Positions 20,251 to 31,931 of a DNA stretch of 32,000 nt are shown here, piece by piece. The notes under the pieces were generated by a model. That model saw only the letters and a program-made list of their open reading frames with translations. It did no database searches and had not been told where the DNA came from. Location: NCBI RefSeq assembly GCF_000195955.2, contig NC_000962.3:510001-542000 (forward strand). The letters run 5' to 3'. The stretch comes from Mycobacterium tuberculosis H37Rv (lineage in GTDB: Bacteria; Actinomycetota; Actinomycetes; Mycobacteriales; Mycobacteriaceae). Position 1 is the stretch's first letter; every line of letters starts with the position of its first letter. The translations under genes and the position numbers were made by a program.

Positions 20251-20285
20251 GAGGAGCCCGGTCCCTTTGTGGGGCCGGGCTCCTC
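20251..20285 (+). terminator. Strong hairpin between convergent groEL2 and Rv0441c-like genes (possible terminator, weak T-tract)
   Basis: GAGGAGCCCGG (20251-20261) pairs perfectly with CCGGGCTCCTC (20275-20285). The inner TCCC/GGGG pairs extend it to about 15 bp with a 5-nt loop. Confidence 0.7.
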
Positions 20286-20295
20286 TGGTTGGGAG

Positions 20296-20724
20296 CTACG
20301 GTACCGAGAACACCACGCAGTCGTGTAGGCAACCTTTGGCCGCTGTGGGCGAGTCGGGGGCCGCGTCTCGGTGCAGCAGCGCGCGGATGGGTACGACACC
20401 GCAGCGGGCGGTGTCGTCATCGGGGCCTGCGTCCGACGCCTGGGCACGGCCGTCGACGATCAGCGAGTAGCCGCTAGGATCGGATGGCGGCCACAACAGG
20501 GTGACTTCGCTGCGGTGGGCCAGGTTTTGCCGCGTACGACCCCCGATCAGGCCGACGTCGACCACTGCCCGGGGTCCATCGGGGCCGTCGGGGAGTTCGC
20601 GCAGCACCGGCTCGACTGCCACCGTGTGCACGCGATGGCCATCATCGACGGTGATCAGGTAAGCGAACGGGTAGTCGGGCAAGGCGGCGGCCAGCCGTTT
20701 GAGGTCTACCTTTTTGGCACCCAC
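20296..20724 (-). CDS. Pyridoxamine 5'-phosphate oxidase-like (FMN-binding split-barrel) small protein (Rv0441c-like)
   Basis: 142 aa; [12 protein letters not shown]-type text belongs to other frames. This frame reads [67 protein letters not shown]...[10 protein letters not shown]. Confidence 0.75.
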
Positions 20725-20750
20725 GGATTCGAGGATAGGCGCCCGATGTG

Positions 20751-22214
20751 TTACTCCGAACCGACCGGCTGCCCGATCCGCGGGCTGGCGTAGGCGGATT
20801 CGCGGTCGGGGCTCGGGTAGAAGTTCGACTTGGGGATGCCGGAGCCGGGGGTACTCGGCTCACGCACGGCGGTATTCCGCAAGCCCGAGTCGTTGCTGCC
20901 CGAGTTGACGAAGCTCGGGTAGCTGGTGCCAGGGCTTCTAAGGCCCGGGTTTGCGCCCGAGCCAGCCGCGGCACTGCCGCTACCGGGGTTCGGGTTGCCT
21001 GAGTCCAGGCCGCCAACAGGAGCACTGGCCGGGGCGGCGACGGGCGTGTTGGTCAGGCCCGAGTTGAGGACGTTCGCCAGGCCGTGTTGGAGACCGCCCG
21101 TTGATCCGAGGGCGGAGGCGAGGATGCCCGAACTCAAAGCCGCCGTGCTCATGCCGCCGGTGGCGTAGCCGGCGGAGCTGACCAAGGCCGCCTCCGAGCC
21201 AGCCGCGCTTCCTAAGGCGGCGTTTTGCATCCCCGCGTTCCAGAAGCTGGTGTTGAGGCTGCCTGCGCTGCCGAGGCCCGCGTTGATTGTCCCCGAGGTC
21301 CCGATGCCGCTGTTCAGGGAGCCCGAATTCCCGATGCCGATGTTTCCGCTGCCGGAGTTGAATAAGCCGACGTTGCCGGTGCCCGAGTTCCCGAAGCCGA
21401 TGTTGCCGCTACCCGAGTTGAAGCCGCCGAAACCCATCTGGTGATCACCGGTGATCCCGAACCCGATATTCCCGCTACCGGTGTTGCCGAAGCCGATATT
21501 CCCGTCGCCGAGGTTGCCGAGGCCCAGGTTGCCGCTGCCGGTGTTGCCGCTGCCGATGTTGCCGGTGCCGGTGTTGCCGCTGCCGATGTTGTTGTTGCCG
21601 ATGTTGTTGTTGCCGATGTTGCCGCTGCCGGTGTTGCCGAAGCCCAGATTGATCTGGCCGTTCTTGCCGATGTCGATGCCGAGGTTCCGCAAGACCTGCT
21701 GCCAGGGCGCCAGTTGTGCGACGGCCGCAGACGCATCGAAGTGGTAACCAGCCATCGCCGCCACGTCCAATGCCCACATTTGCTCGTATGCCGCCTCGAC
21801 GTCCATGAGCGCCGGAGCATTCTGCCCAAACCAGTTCGTAGCTGCCAGCAGCTGCATCAGGCCACGATTGGCCGCTACCACTGCCGGCTGCACGGTGGCC
21901 GCCAGCGCCGCCTCGAACGCGGTCGCTATTGCCATGGCCTGTGCGGCCGCTTGTTCCGCCTGCGCTGCCGCCGTGCTGAGCCAGGCTAGGTACTGGGTTG
22001 CGACGGCCATCATCGCCGCCGCGGACGGACCCAGCCAGGCGCCACTAGTCAGTTCGGATGTGACGGAGCCAAGCGACGCTATTGACGCGAGCAATTCTTC
22101 GGCCAGCTCGCCCCAGGCGGTGGCCGCAGCAATTAGCGGTCCCGACCCGGGACCGGCAAACATCAGTGCCGAATTGATCTCTGGCGGCAACCACGCAAAA
22201 TGCGGGCTTGTCAC
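20751..22214 (-). CDS. PPE10: PPE family protein PPE10 (MPTR subfamily)
   Basis: 487 aa; N-terminal [41 protein letters not shown] (PPE domain) followed by NxGxGNxG MPTR pentapeptide-type repeats. Confidence 0.96.
   Translation of the reverse strand: MTSPHFAWLPPEINSALMFAGPGSGPLIAAATAWGELAEELLASIASLGSVTSELTSGAWLGPSAAAMMAVATQYLAWLSTAAAQAEQAAAQAMAIATAFEAALAATVQPAVVAANRGLMQLLAATNWFGQNAPALMDVEAAYEQMWALDVAAMAGYHFDASAAVAQLAPWQQVLRNLGIDIGKNGQINLGFGNTGSGNIGNNNIGNNNIGSGNTGTGNIGSGNTGSGNLGLGNLGDGNIGFGNTGSGNIGFGITGDHQMGFGGFNSGSGNIGFGNSGTGNVGLFNSGSGNIGIGNSGSLNSGIGTSGTINAGLGSAGSLNTSFWNAGMQNAALGSAAGSEAALVSSAGYATGGMSTAALSSGILASALGSTGGLQHGLANVLNSGLTNTPVAAPASAPVGGLDSGNPNPGSGSAAAGSGANPGLRSPGTSYPSFVNSGSNDSGLRNTAVREPSTPGSGIPKSNFYPSPDRESAYASPRIGQPVGSE
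21265..21680 (-). repeat. MPTR-encoding degenerate tandem repeats within PPE10
   Basis: Reiterated forward-strand GCCGATGTTGCCGCTGCCGGTGTTGCCG blocks encoding N(I/T/S)G(x)GN. Two perfect 15-bp copies CCGATGTTGTTGTTG lie at 21583-21597 and 21598-21612. Confidence 0.93.
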
Positions 22215-22395
22215 TGATCCAACTTAACTGTCAGCGACCGTTGCCGTGGCGGTATCGGCACTTCAATACCACTCATCTTTGGGGTCATCTTTGGAGCGCC
22301 CCTAGGAACCGCCAGCTTACCTAGTCCCGGGTAGGGGCCGACTGGCGGCCGGGATGCAGCTGAGGGTCTGCCACCTGCCCCGTAATGTCGCTGGT

Positions 22396-22911
22396 ATGGC
22401 AAGCACCGACGCCGCGGCCCAAGAGTTGCTCCGCGACGCGTTCACCCGGTTGATCGAACATGTCGACGAACTCACCGACGGCCTCACCGACCAACTCGCC
22501 TGCTACCGCCCGACCCCCAGCGCCAACAGCATTGCGTGGCTGCTCTGGCACAGCGCCCGGGTGCAGGATATACAGGTCGCCCATGTGGCCGGCGTGGAAG
22601 AGGTGTGGACCCGCGACGGTTGGGTGGACCGCTTTGGGTTAGATCTGCCGCGGCACGACACCGGATATGGACACCGTCCCGAGGATGTGGCGAAGGTACG
22701 GGCACCCGCCGACCTGCTGTCGGGGTACTACCACGCGGTGCATAAACTGACCCTGGAATACATCGCTGGCATGACCGCAGATGAGTTGTCCCGTGTGGTG
22801 GATACCAGTTGGAATCCGCCGGTTACCGTCAGCGCACGGTTGGTGAGCATCGTCGACGACTGCGCTCAGCACCTCGGGCAGGCCGCCTACCTGCGGGGGA
22901 TAGCCCGATAA
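22396..22911 (+). CDS. DinB/mycothiol-dependent maleylpyruvate isomerase-like protein (DUF664), Rv0443-like
   Basis: 171 aa from MASTDAAAQELL; NSIAWLLWHSARVQDIQVAHVAG, GTILRMCGQL-like region absent. Conserved WH and HLGQAAYLRGI histidine motifs typical of DinB-fold metalloproteins. Confidence 0.85.
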   Translation: MASTDAAAQELLRDAFTRLIEHVDELTDGLTDQLACYRPTPSANSIAWLLWHSARVQDIQVAHVAGVEEVWTRDGWVDRFGLDLPRHDTGYGHRPEDVAKVRAPADLLSGYYHAVHKLTLEYIAGMTADELSRVVDTSWNPPVTVSARLVSIVDDCAQHLGQAAYLRGIAR

Positions 22912-23090
22912 CGGCGACATCCGCCGGATCGCTGAGGCGATGGTCAGCTACGCCGAAGATCGCCTGCACCGATGGTTACCTGACGCTAGCCGGCAGCGCC
23001 GCCCTAGTGGTACCCGGCGTGTTCGTCGCGATGCTGGGCACCATTGTCGCGCCGAGACTGCGGTGAGGGGCCGGGGTGTGCGTCCTCGGC

Positions 23091-23789
23091 TCACCCGAGC
23101 GGCAGCTCGGCCAAGATGGTACCGGTGGGCTGTGGTGATCCGGTGCCGGGTTCGACGGTGAATGCCAGTGCGGTCGAGGCTCCGAGATCGGTCAGCGTCG
23201 CCGTCGTCGAGGGCGTCACCGCCGCGGTGCCCATCGTCCCCGCCGACCTCGGCCCTTTGGCCCCTCCCAGCAGCCACATCTGATACACGGTTCCCCGGGA
23301 TGGTGGCGCCACATTGTTCATCACCAGCAGACCTGTGTTGCGGTCGCGGGAGAACACCACCGTGGCCGTCCCGGCGCCCAGTGGGCGAGAGACCGTCCGT
23401 ACGTCCGGCGCCGTCAGAACTTGCTCGGCCACGGTGGGGGGTGGCGATGGCCGGGTCAGCACCCCCAGGCCGAACGCCCCCAGCCCCACAGCGATCGCCG
23501 CTGCGGACGCAAAGGCTGCCGTACGCCAGCGTGATTGGCGCCTAACCTCGGGCTTGGTCGCATCCAGGATGGCCGTCCGCAGATGTGCTGGCGGCTCGGC
23601 GGTGGTGGCCGCCGAGACGACGGCCATCGTCTCGCGGACGGCTCGAACTTCGTCGTTGAAAGCCGCGGCTACCGGCGAGGGCGCGGCGGCCACCCGTCGG
23701 TCGATGTCGGCTCGTTCATCGTCGGACACAGCGTTCAGGGCATACGGGGTAGCCAGCTCGAGCAGCTCAAAATCGGTATGTTCAGTCAT
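23091..23789 (-). CDS. rskA: Anti-sigma-K factor RskA
   Basis: 232 aa; [32 protein letters not shown] anti-sigma N-terminus, [22 protein letters not shown], extracytoplasmic RskA domain [26 protein letters not shown]. Confidence 0.96.
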   Translation of the reverse strand: MTEHTDFELLELATPYALNAVSDDERADIDRRVAAAPSPVAAAFNDEVRAVRETMAVVSAATTAEPPAHLRTAILDATKPEVRRQSRWRTAAFASAAAIAVGLGAFGLGVLTRPSPPPTVAEQVLTAPDVRTVSRPLGAGTATVVFSRDRNTGLLVMNNVAPPSRGTVYQMWLLGGAKGPRSAGTMGTAAVTPSTTATLTDLGASTALAFTVEPGTGSPQPTGTILAELPLG

Positions 23790-23832
23790 GAGCGCCGCTC
23801 TCCCAACGCATCGCTTCGCTCGGCCGGCGCAG

Positions 23833-24396
23833 TCATGACACGTCCAGGCAGTTGCGCAGGCTGCGCAGGGCGTCGCGCATGCGGGATTTGATGGTCGACA
23901 GATTGGCCGCTAACCGCCGCGAAACTTCGACATACGTCAGCCCGCCGTAGTAGGCCAGTTCGATGCACTGCCGCTGCGTGTCGGTCAACGCCTTGAGGCA
24001 CTCGGTCACCCGGCGCCGCTCATCACCGGCGATCGCCAGGTCGGCGACGACGTCACTCGCGGGATCGACGTTGGCCGCACCATAGCGCACTTCCCGCTGG
24101 TTGCCGGCTTGCTCGCAACGGACTCGGTCGACAGCGCGCCGGTGGGCCATGGTCAAAAGCCAGGCCAACGCGGAACCTTTGGCGGAGTCAAACTCCGACG
24201 CGTTCCGCCACACCTCAAGATAGATCTCCTGGGTGGTTTCTTCGCTGTAGCCGGTATCACGCAGCACCCGCATCACCAGTCCATACACCCGCGACTTGGT
24301 GTGGTCGTAGAATTCGGCGAATGCGGCCTGGTCGTGACCAGCGACCCGGCGCAACAGGGCGTCCAGGTCGCTGCTCAGCCGTGGCGGTCCGGTCAT
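23833..24396 (-). CDS. sigK: ECF RNA polymerase sigma factor SigK
   Basis: 187 aa; [39 protein letters not shown] (sigma region 2) and [45 protein letters not shown] (region 4). Confidence 0.97.
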   Translation of the reverse strand: MTGPPRLSSDLDALLRRVAGHDQAAFAEFYDHTKSRVYGLVMRVLRDTGYSEETTQEIYLEVWRNASEFDSAKGSALAWLLTMAHRRAVDRVRCEQAGNQREVRYGAANVDPASDVVADLAIAGDERRRVTECLKALTDTQRQCIELAYYGGLTYVEVSRRLAANLSTIKSRMRDALRSLRNCLDVS

Positions 24397-24444
24397 CGAT
24401 GGGTAGCCTATCGCCAGCCGGCGCCGTGATGGTCAAGCCGGTCA

Positions 24445-25215
24445 TCACCGACGCGCCGATCGCGGTGGCCGGGGCACGAAATAGGCTGTTCGCCTTTGAT
24501 ATTCGGCGAAACCGGGGCGACCCTTCAGGTATCTCTCAGTCAGCCGGGCTCCGCTGACGTCCACCAGCAGGTAGGTCATCAGCAGCGGCGAACCCACCGT
24601 GGCCAGCGGCGCCCAGTCGTTGATCGTGATCAACCACAACCCCCACCAGACACAGGCATCGCCGAAGTAGTTGGGGTGACGCGTCCAGGCCCACAGGCCG
24701 CGGTCCATGATGACCCCGCGATTGGCCGGGTCGGATTTGAATACCCACAGTTGCCAATCTCCCACCGCTTCGAAGGTGATACCGACCAGCCACACGGCTA
24801 AGCCCACGCCCCCAACAGCCAGTAACGGCTTCGGCGTCGGCCCGGTGACTGCGGAAAGCTGCAGCGGGAATGAGACGAACAACGTCAGGAGGCCCTGTAA
24901 TCCGAAGACCTTGCGCAATGCCTGCACAGGCGTGGCACCGCGCAGCAGGTCGGCGTAGCGGGGATCCTCCCCCTGACCGGCTGTCTTGCGGTACATGTGC
25001 CAGCTCAGCCGCAGACCCCAGGTCGACACCAACGCTAGTAGCAGCCATCGGCGAACCGGGTCGCCGTGGCCGAGCGTCGCGGCGGCGACGGCGACGGCGA
25101 CGAAACCCAAGCCCCATACCACGTCGACGACGTTGTACCGGCCGATGCGGCGGCCGATCGCAAACGCCACCGAATGCACCACGGCCACAGCCAAAGCCGA
25201 CACGCTGGTTACCAC
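24445..25215 (-). CDS. DUF1295 (steroid 5-alpha-reductase-like) integral membrane protein (Rv0446c-like), 256 aa
   Basis: VTSVSALAVAVVHSVAFAIGRRIGRYNVVDVVWGLGFVAV; WTRHPNYFGDACVWWGLWL C-terminal signature. The track ORF runs further upstream into ufaA1. Confidence 0.88.
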   Translation of the reverse strand: MVTSVSALAVAVVHSVAFAIGRRIGRYNVVDVVWGLGFVAVAVAAATLGHGDPVRRWLLLALVSTWGLRLSWHMYRKTAGQGEDPRYADLLRGATPVQALRKVFGLQGLLTLFVSFPLQLSAVTGPTPKPLLAVGGVGLAVWLVGITFEAVGDWQLWVFKSDPANRGVIMDRGLWAWTRHPNYFGDACVWWGLWLITINDWAPLATVGSPLLMTYLLVDVSGARLTERYLKGRPGFAEYQRRTAYFVPRPPRSARR

Positions 25216-25223
25216 GACGATGT

Positions 25224-26507
25224 TCACGGGGGGCCCTCGCGGATCAACGTCCACTGGTAGACGTCCAGATAGCCCGACCGGAAGCCCGCCTCCGAGTACG
25301 CCAGGTACAGCTCCCACATCCGTGCAAACACCTCGTCGAAACCTAAATGCGCCAGCCCATCTCGCCGCTGCATAAATCGTTCCCGCCAGAGCCGCAGCGT
25401 CTCGGCGTAATGCGGTCGCAGCGAGGCCGCGTCGACGATGCGCAGCCCGGTGTGTTGCCCGGTGATGTCGATGATGGCCTGCGTGGACGGTAGCAGTCCG
25501 CCAGGGAAGATGTACTTCTGGATCCAGGTCTGGGTGTGGCGGGTGGCCAGCATTCGGTGGTGCGGCATGGTGATCGCTTGAATCGCTACCGGGCCACCCG
25601 GGCGCACCAACTGTTCTAGCGCGGCGAAGTACCGTGGCCACGAACGGTATCCCACCGCCTCGATCATCTCGACTGAGACTACTGAGTCATACTGCCCGTC
25701 GACGTCGCGGTAGTCGCACAAGTCGATCTCTACCCGGTGGCCAAAGCCGGCCGCGGCGACCCGCTGCCGAGCCAGCCGTTGCTGCTCCACCGATAGGGTC
25801 ACCGAGCGGATGTGGGCCCCCCGTGCGGCCGCGCGAATGCACAGCTCGCCCCATCCGGTGCCGATCTCGAGAACGTGGCTGCCCTGCTGGACCCCGGCCA
25901 CGTCGAGCAGCCGGTCGATCTTGCGGCGTTGGGCTGCGGCCAACTCGGTCCAGGCGGGAGTTGGCTGGGCCAGCAGGTCGGTGAACATTGCGCACGAATA
26001 CGTCATGGTCTCGTCGAGAAACGCGGCGAACAGGTCGTTCGACAGGTCATAGTGCACGGCTATATTGCGCCGGGCCTGATCTCGGCTGTGGTCTGGCCAA
26101 CTAGGTCGAAAGGTCGGCGTGATCGGCCGCAGCCAGTGCAGCGAGCGCGGTACCAGCTCGTCCACCGACCCTGCCAGCACGGTCAACACCCGCGTGAGCT
26201 CCTTCGACGACCATTCGCCGGCCATGTAGGACTCGCCGAAGCCGATCAAGCCGTGGCGCCCGATCCGGCGTGCAAGTGCGTCCGGCCGATGGATGAACAG
26301 GCTGGGTGCGCGCGGATCGGCGGCACCTGTTGCCGTTCCGTCGGAGTAGACCAATCGCAGCGGCAAGTGAGTGGCCGTGCGCCGAAGCAGCCGGTTGGCG
26401 ATTGCCGCCGATGCCGCGGCTAGGGGACCGCGCGGCACCTTGGCAACCGCTGGCCAGCGATCCGAATCGATTGCTGCCGACGGTGTCTGGCTGGTTTCGA
26501 CGGTCAT
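25224..26507 (-). CDS. ufaA1: Cyclopropane-fatty-acyl-phospholipid synthase family methyltransferase UfaA1
   Basis: 427 aa from MTVETSQTPSAA; NIAVHYDLSNDLFAAFLDETMTYSCAMF, VLEIGTGWGELCIRAAARG, VSVEMIEAVGYRSWPRYF, IFPGGLLPSTQAI. Confidence 0.93.
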   Translation of the reverse strand: MTVETSQTPSAAIDSDRWPAVAKVPRGPLAAASAAIANRLLRRTATHLPLRLVYSDGTATGAADPRAPSLFIHRPDALARRIGRHGLIGFGESYMAGEWSSKELTRVLTVLAGSVDELVPRSLHWLRPITPTFRPSWPDHSRDQARRNIAVHYDLSNDLFAAFLDETMTYSCAMFTDLLAQPTPAWTELAAAQRRKIDRLLDVAGVQQGSHVLEIGTGWGELCIRAAARGAHIRSVTLSVEQQRLARQRVAAAGFGHRVEIDLCDYRDVDGQYDSVVSVEMIEAVGYRSWPRYFAALEQLVRPGGPVAIQAITMPHHRMLATRHTQTWIQKYIFPGGLLPSTQAIIDITGQHTGLRIVDAASLRPHYAETLRLWRERFMQRRDGLAHLGFDEVFARMWELYLAYSEAGFRSGYLDVYQWTLIREGPP

Positions 26508-27235
26508 CGCGGCACCACCGGAACTCGACGTAGCCACAGTCTGATCCCCTGTATCCTGATGCGCGCGGCCACCACCATCGGCGCCAGCGGTGAAATGATT
26601 TGCATCATCGCGATCTGTCTTGTCGTTGCCGGTCGCCGCTGCCCACGCAGGGTGGCTGTGAATTCCGGGCACACCTGCCGGCGGTCACGGTGCAGCGTCA
26701 CCGTGACGTCGAGTTCGCGGTCGGGCCGTGGTGCCCGTATCAGGTAGTAGCCGGCTAGCTGATGAAACGGCGAAACGTAGAAGTTCTTGGCCGTCACCAC
26801 GGGCAGGTCGGCCGGCGGTAGCAGGTAAGCATGGCGTCCGCCGTAGGTGTTGTGCACCTCGGCAATGACATGGCGCAGTTGGCCGTCGCGGTCGTGGCAC
26901 CAGAAGATGCTCAACGGGTTGAAGACATAGCCGAGAACGCGTGCTTGCAGCAGCGCGGTGATACGGCCGTCGGGGACGGCAAGGCCGCGAGCGGCAAAGA
27001 AGGCGTCCAGCCGGTCACGCAGCGAGCTATGCGGCGGACACGAGAACGGGTCAGCGAAGTGGTCGTCGGCGTGGAACCGTGCGAACGGTCGCAGCCACCA
27101 GGGCAGCTGGGGGAGGTTGTCGACATCCACGTACCAGCTGTAGCTGCGGTATGCGAACGAGTGGTGCACCGGGACTTGTCTGCAGTGGCTGATCGTGGTG
27201 CGGTAGATCGCCGGCGTCAGGGTTTGAGTCAGCAC
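26504..27235 (-). CDS. DUF1365 family protein (Rv0448c-like)
   Basis: 243 aa in the longest form. AIYRTTISHCRQVPVHHSFAYRSYSWYVDVDNLP...YVFNPLSIFWCHDRDGQLRHVIAEVHNTYGGRHAYLL...KNFYVSPFHQLAGYY. I recall an annotated start 22 codons downstream at the GTG before HHSFAYRSY. Confidence 0.88.
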   Translation of the reverse strand: MLTQTLTPAIYRTTISHCRQVPVHHSFAYRSYSWYVDVDNLPQLPWWLRPFARFHADDHFADPFSCPPHSSLRDRLDAFFAARGLAVPDGRITALLQARVLGYVFNPLSIFWCHDRDGQLRHVIAEVHNTYGGRHAYLLPPADLPVVTAKNFYVSPFHQLAGYYLIRAPRPDRELDVTVTLHRDRRQVCPEFTATLRGQRRPATTRQIAMMQIISPLAPMVVAARIRIQGIRLWLRRVPVVPR

Positions 27236-28548
27236 GCGACCATCGCCTCCTGTGGGATCGCTGCCGGCCAGTCGGCGCCAAGGCGCCGGGCCGCCCGCAG
27301 ACCCGAGGCGGCGCCGTCCTCGTGGAATCCCCAGCCGTGGTAGGCGCCGGCGAATACCACCCGATTGTCACCCAGCGTCGGCAATAAGCGTTGGGCTGCA
27401 ACCGATTCCGGTGTGTACAGCGGATGGCTGTAGGTCATCTCGGCGATCACCGAGCTGGGATCAACCCGGTCGTGGCCGCCGAGGGTGACCAGATACCGGC
27501 GGCCACCGTCGAGGCGCATTAGCCTGCTGATGTCGTAGCTGACCACGACCTGGTGCTGCCCGGGTGTCACCAGGTAGTTCCAGGATGCGCGGGCGCGATG
27601 GTGGCGGGGCAGGACCGACTCGTCGGTGTGCAGCTGGGCGCTGTTGGTGGAGTATGCGATCGCGCCCAGGACCGCGCGCTCGGCCGGTGTCGGCTCGTCG
27701 AGCAACAGCAGCGCCTGGTCGGGATGGACCGCGACGACGGCCGCATCGAAACGCCGCGACGGCCCATCACCCGCGCCCACCAATACCCCGTCCGGCAGCC
27801 GGCGCAGCGAGTGCACTGGCGTGCGGGTCGACACCTCGTCCAGCTGAGCTGCGATCGCCTGCACGTAGTTGGCGGAACCTCCGGTGACGGTACGCCAGGT
27901 TGGCGACCCGAACACCGACAGCATGCCGTGATGGTCGAGGAAGACGAACAGATACCGGGCCGGATAGCGCAAGGCGTCGGCCCCGCCGCAGGACCACACG
28001 GCGGCGACCAAGGGTGTGATGAAGTAATCGACGAAATACTGCGAGAAGTGGTGCCGGCTCAGGAAGGCTTCCAGCGTCTCCGGTTTGTCTTCCGCGTTGT
28101 CGGTCTCCTCACGCAGCAGGCGAGCCGCGGCGCGGTGGAAGCGGAGAATCTCGGCAAGCATGCACAGATACCGTGGCCGCAGCGATTGCCGGCAAGCGAA
28201 CAGCCCGCGCGCTCCCAGTGCGCCGGCATATTCGAGTCCGATGTCGTCGGCGCGCACCGACATCGACATTTCCGACTCCTGGGTGGCCACACCCAGTTCG
28301 GCGAACAATCGGCACAACGTTGGATAGGTTCGGTCGTTGTGCACCAGGAACGCCGAGTCGACGCCGACGACGTCGGTGCCCCGGGGGCCGCCACCGTTGT
28401 CCAGATAGTGGGTGTGGGCATGACCGCCCAGCCGGCCGTCCGCCTCGTACAGGGTGACTCGGTCCCGTCCAGACAGGATGTAGGCGGCGGTGAGGCCGGC
28501 GACCCCACTTCCGACAACAGCCACCGATCGTCGGAGTGATTGCTGCAC
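27229..28548 (-). CDS. FAD-dependent amine-oxidase-like / NAD(P)-binding Rossmann oxidoreductase (Rv0449c-like), GTG start
   Basis: 439 aa; VAVVGSGVAGLTAAYILSGRDRVTLYEADGRLGGHAHTHYLD dinucleotide-binding motif. Confidence 0.92.
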   Translation of the reverse strand: MQQSLRRSVAVVGSGVAGLTAAYILSGRDRVTLYEADGRLGGHAHTHYLDNGGGPRGTDVVGVDSAFLVHNDRTYPTLCRLFAELGVATQESEMSMSVRADDIGLEYAGALGARGLFACRQSLRPRYLCMLAEILRFHRAAARLLREETDNAEDKPETLEAFLSRHHFSQYFVDYFITPLVAAVWSCGGADALRYPARYLFVFLDHHGMLSVFGSPTWRTVTGGSANYVQAIAAQLDEVSTRTPVHSLRRLPDGVLVGAGDGPSRRFDAAVVAVHPDQALLLLDEPTPAERAVLGAIAYSTNSAQLHTDESVLPRHHRARASWNYLVTPGQHQVVVSYDISRLMRLDGGRRYLVTLGGHDRVDPSSVIAEMTYSHPLYTPESVAAQRLLPTLGDNRVVFAGAYHGWGFHEDGAASGLRAARRLGADWPAAIPQEAMVAC

Positions 28549-28555
28549 ATCCTGT

Positions 28556-28582
28556 ATTCGGAGCGGCCGGCTAGACGGACGG
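28556..28582 (-). promoter_or_regulatory. Candidate SigK-type promoter upstream of the Rv0449c-like gene (-35 CCGTCC, 15-nt spacer, -10 CCGAAT)
   Basis: Minus strand reads CCGTCC-GTCTAGCCGGCCGCT-CCGAAT-ACAGGAT-GTG. CCGAAT matches the reported SigK -10, and CCGTCC is one mismatch from CCATCC. The spacer is 1-2 nt shorter than the usual 16-17. Confidence 0.4.
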
Positions 28583-28587
28583 GCGGT

Positions 28588-31931
<3,344 letters not shown>

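Noticed and set aside
21250-21989. Apparent tandem-repeat proteins on other frames of the PPE10 array (e.g. 21475-21777 minus RQHRQRQHR repeats, 21451-21747 plus LPLPVLP repeats)
   Set aside because: These are frame-shifted translations of the MPTR DNA repeats, not independent genes.
22809-23066. Small ORF between Rv0443 and rskA ending DGYLTLAGSAALVVPGVFVAMLGTIVAPRLR, resembling a TM helix
   Set aside because: The hydrophobic part has no in-frame ATG/GTG nearby within the 179-bp gap, and its only upstream start lies inside Rv0443. A gene remnant is possible but I cannot support it from the sequence.
27553-28539. Plus-strand 328 aa ORF antisense to the FAD oxidoreductase
   Set aside because: Fully antisense to a strongly supported gene; composition is His/Gln/Gly/Arg-rich with no motifs.
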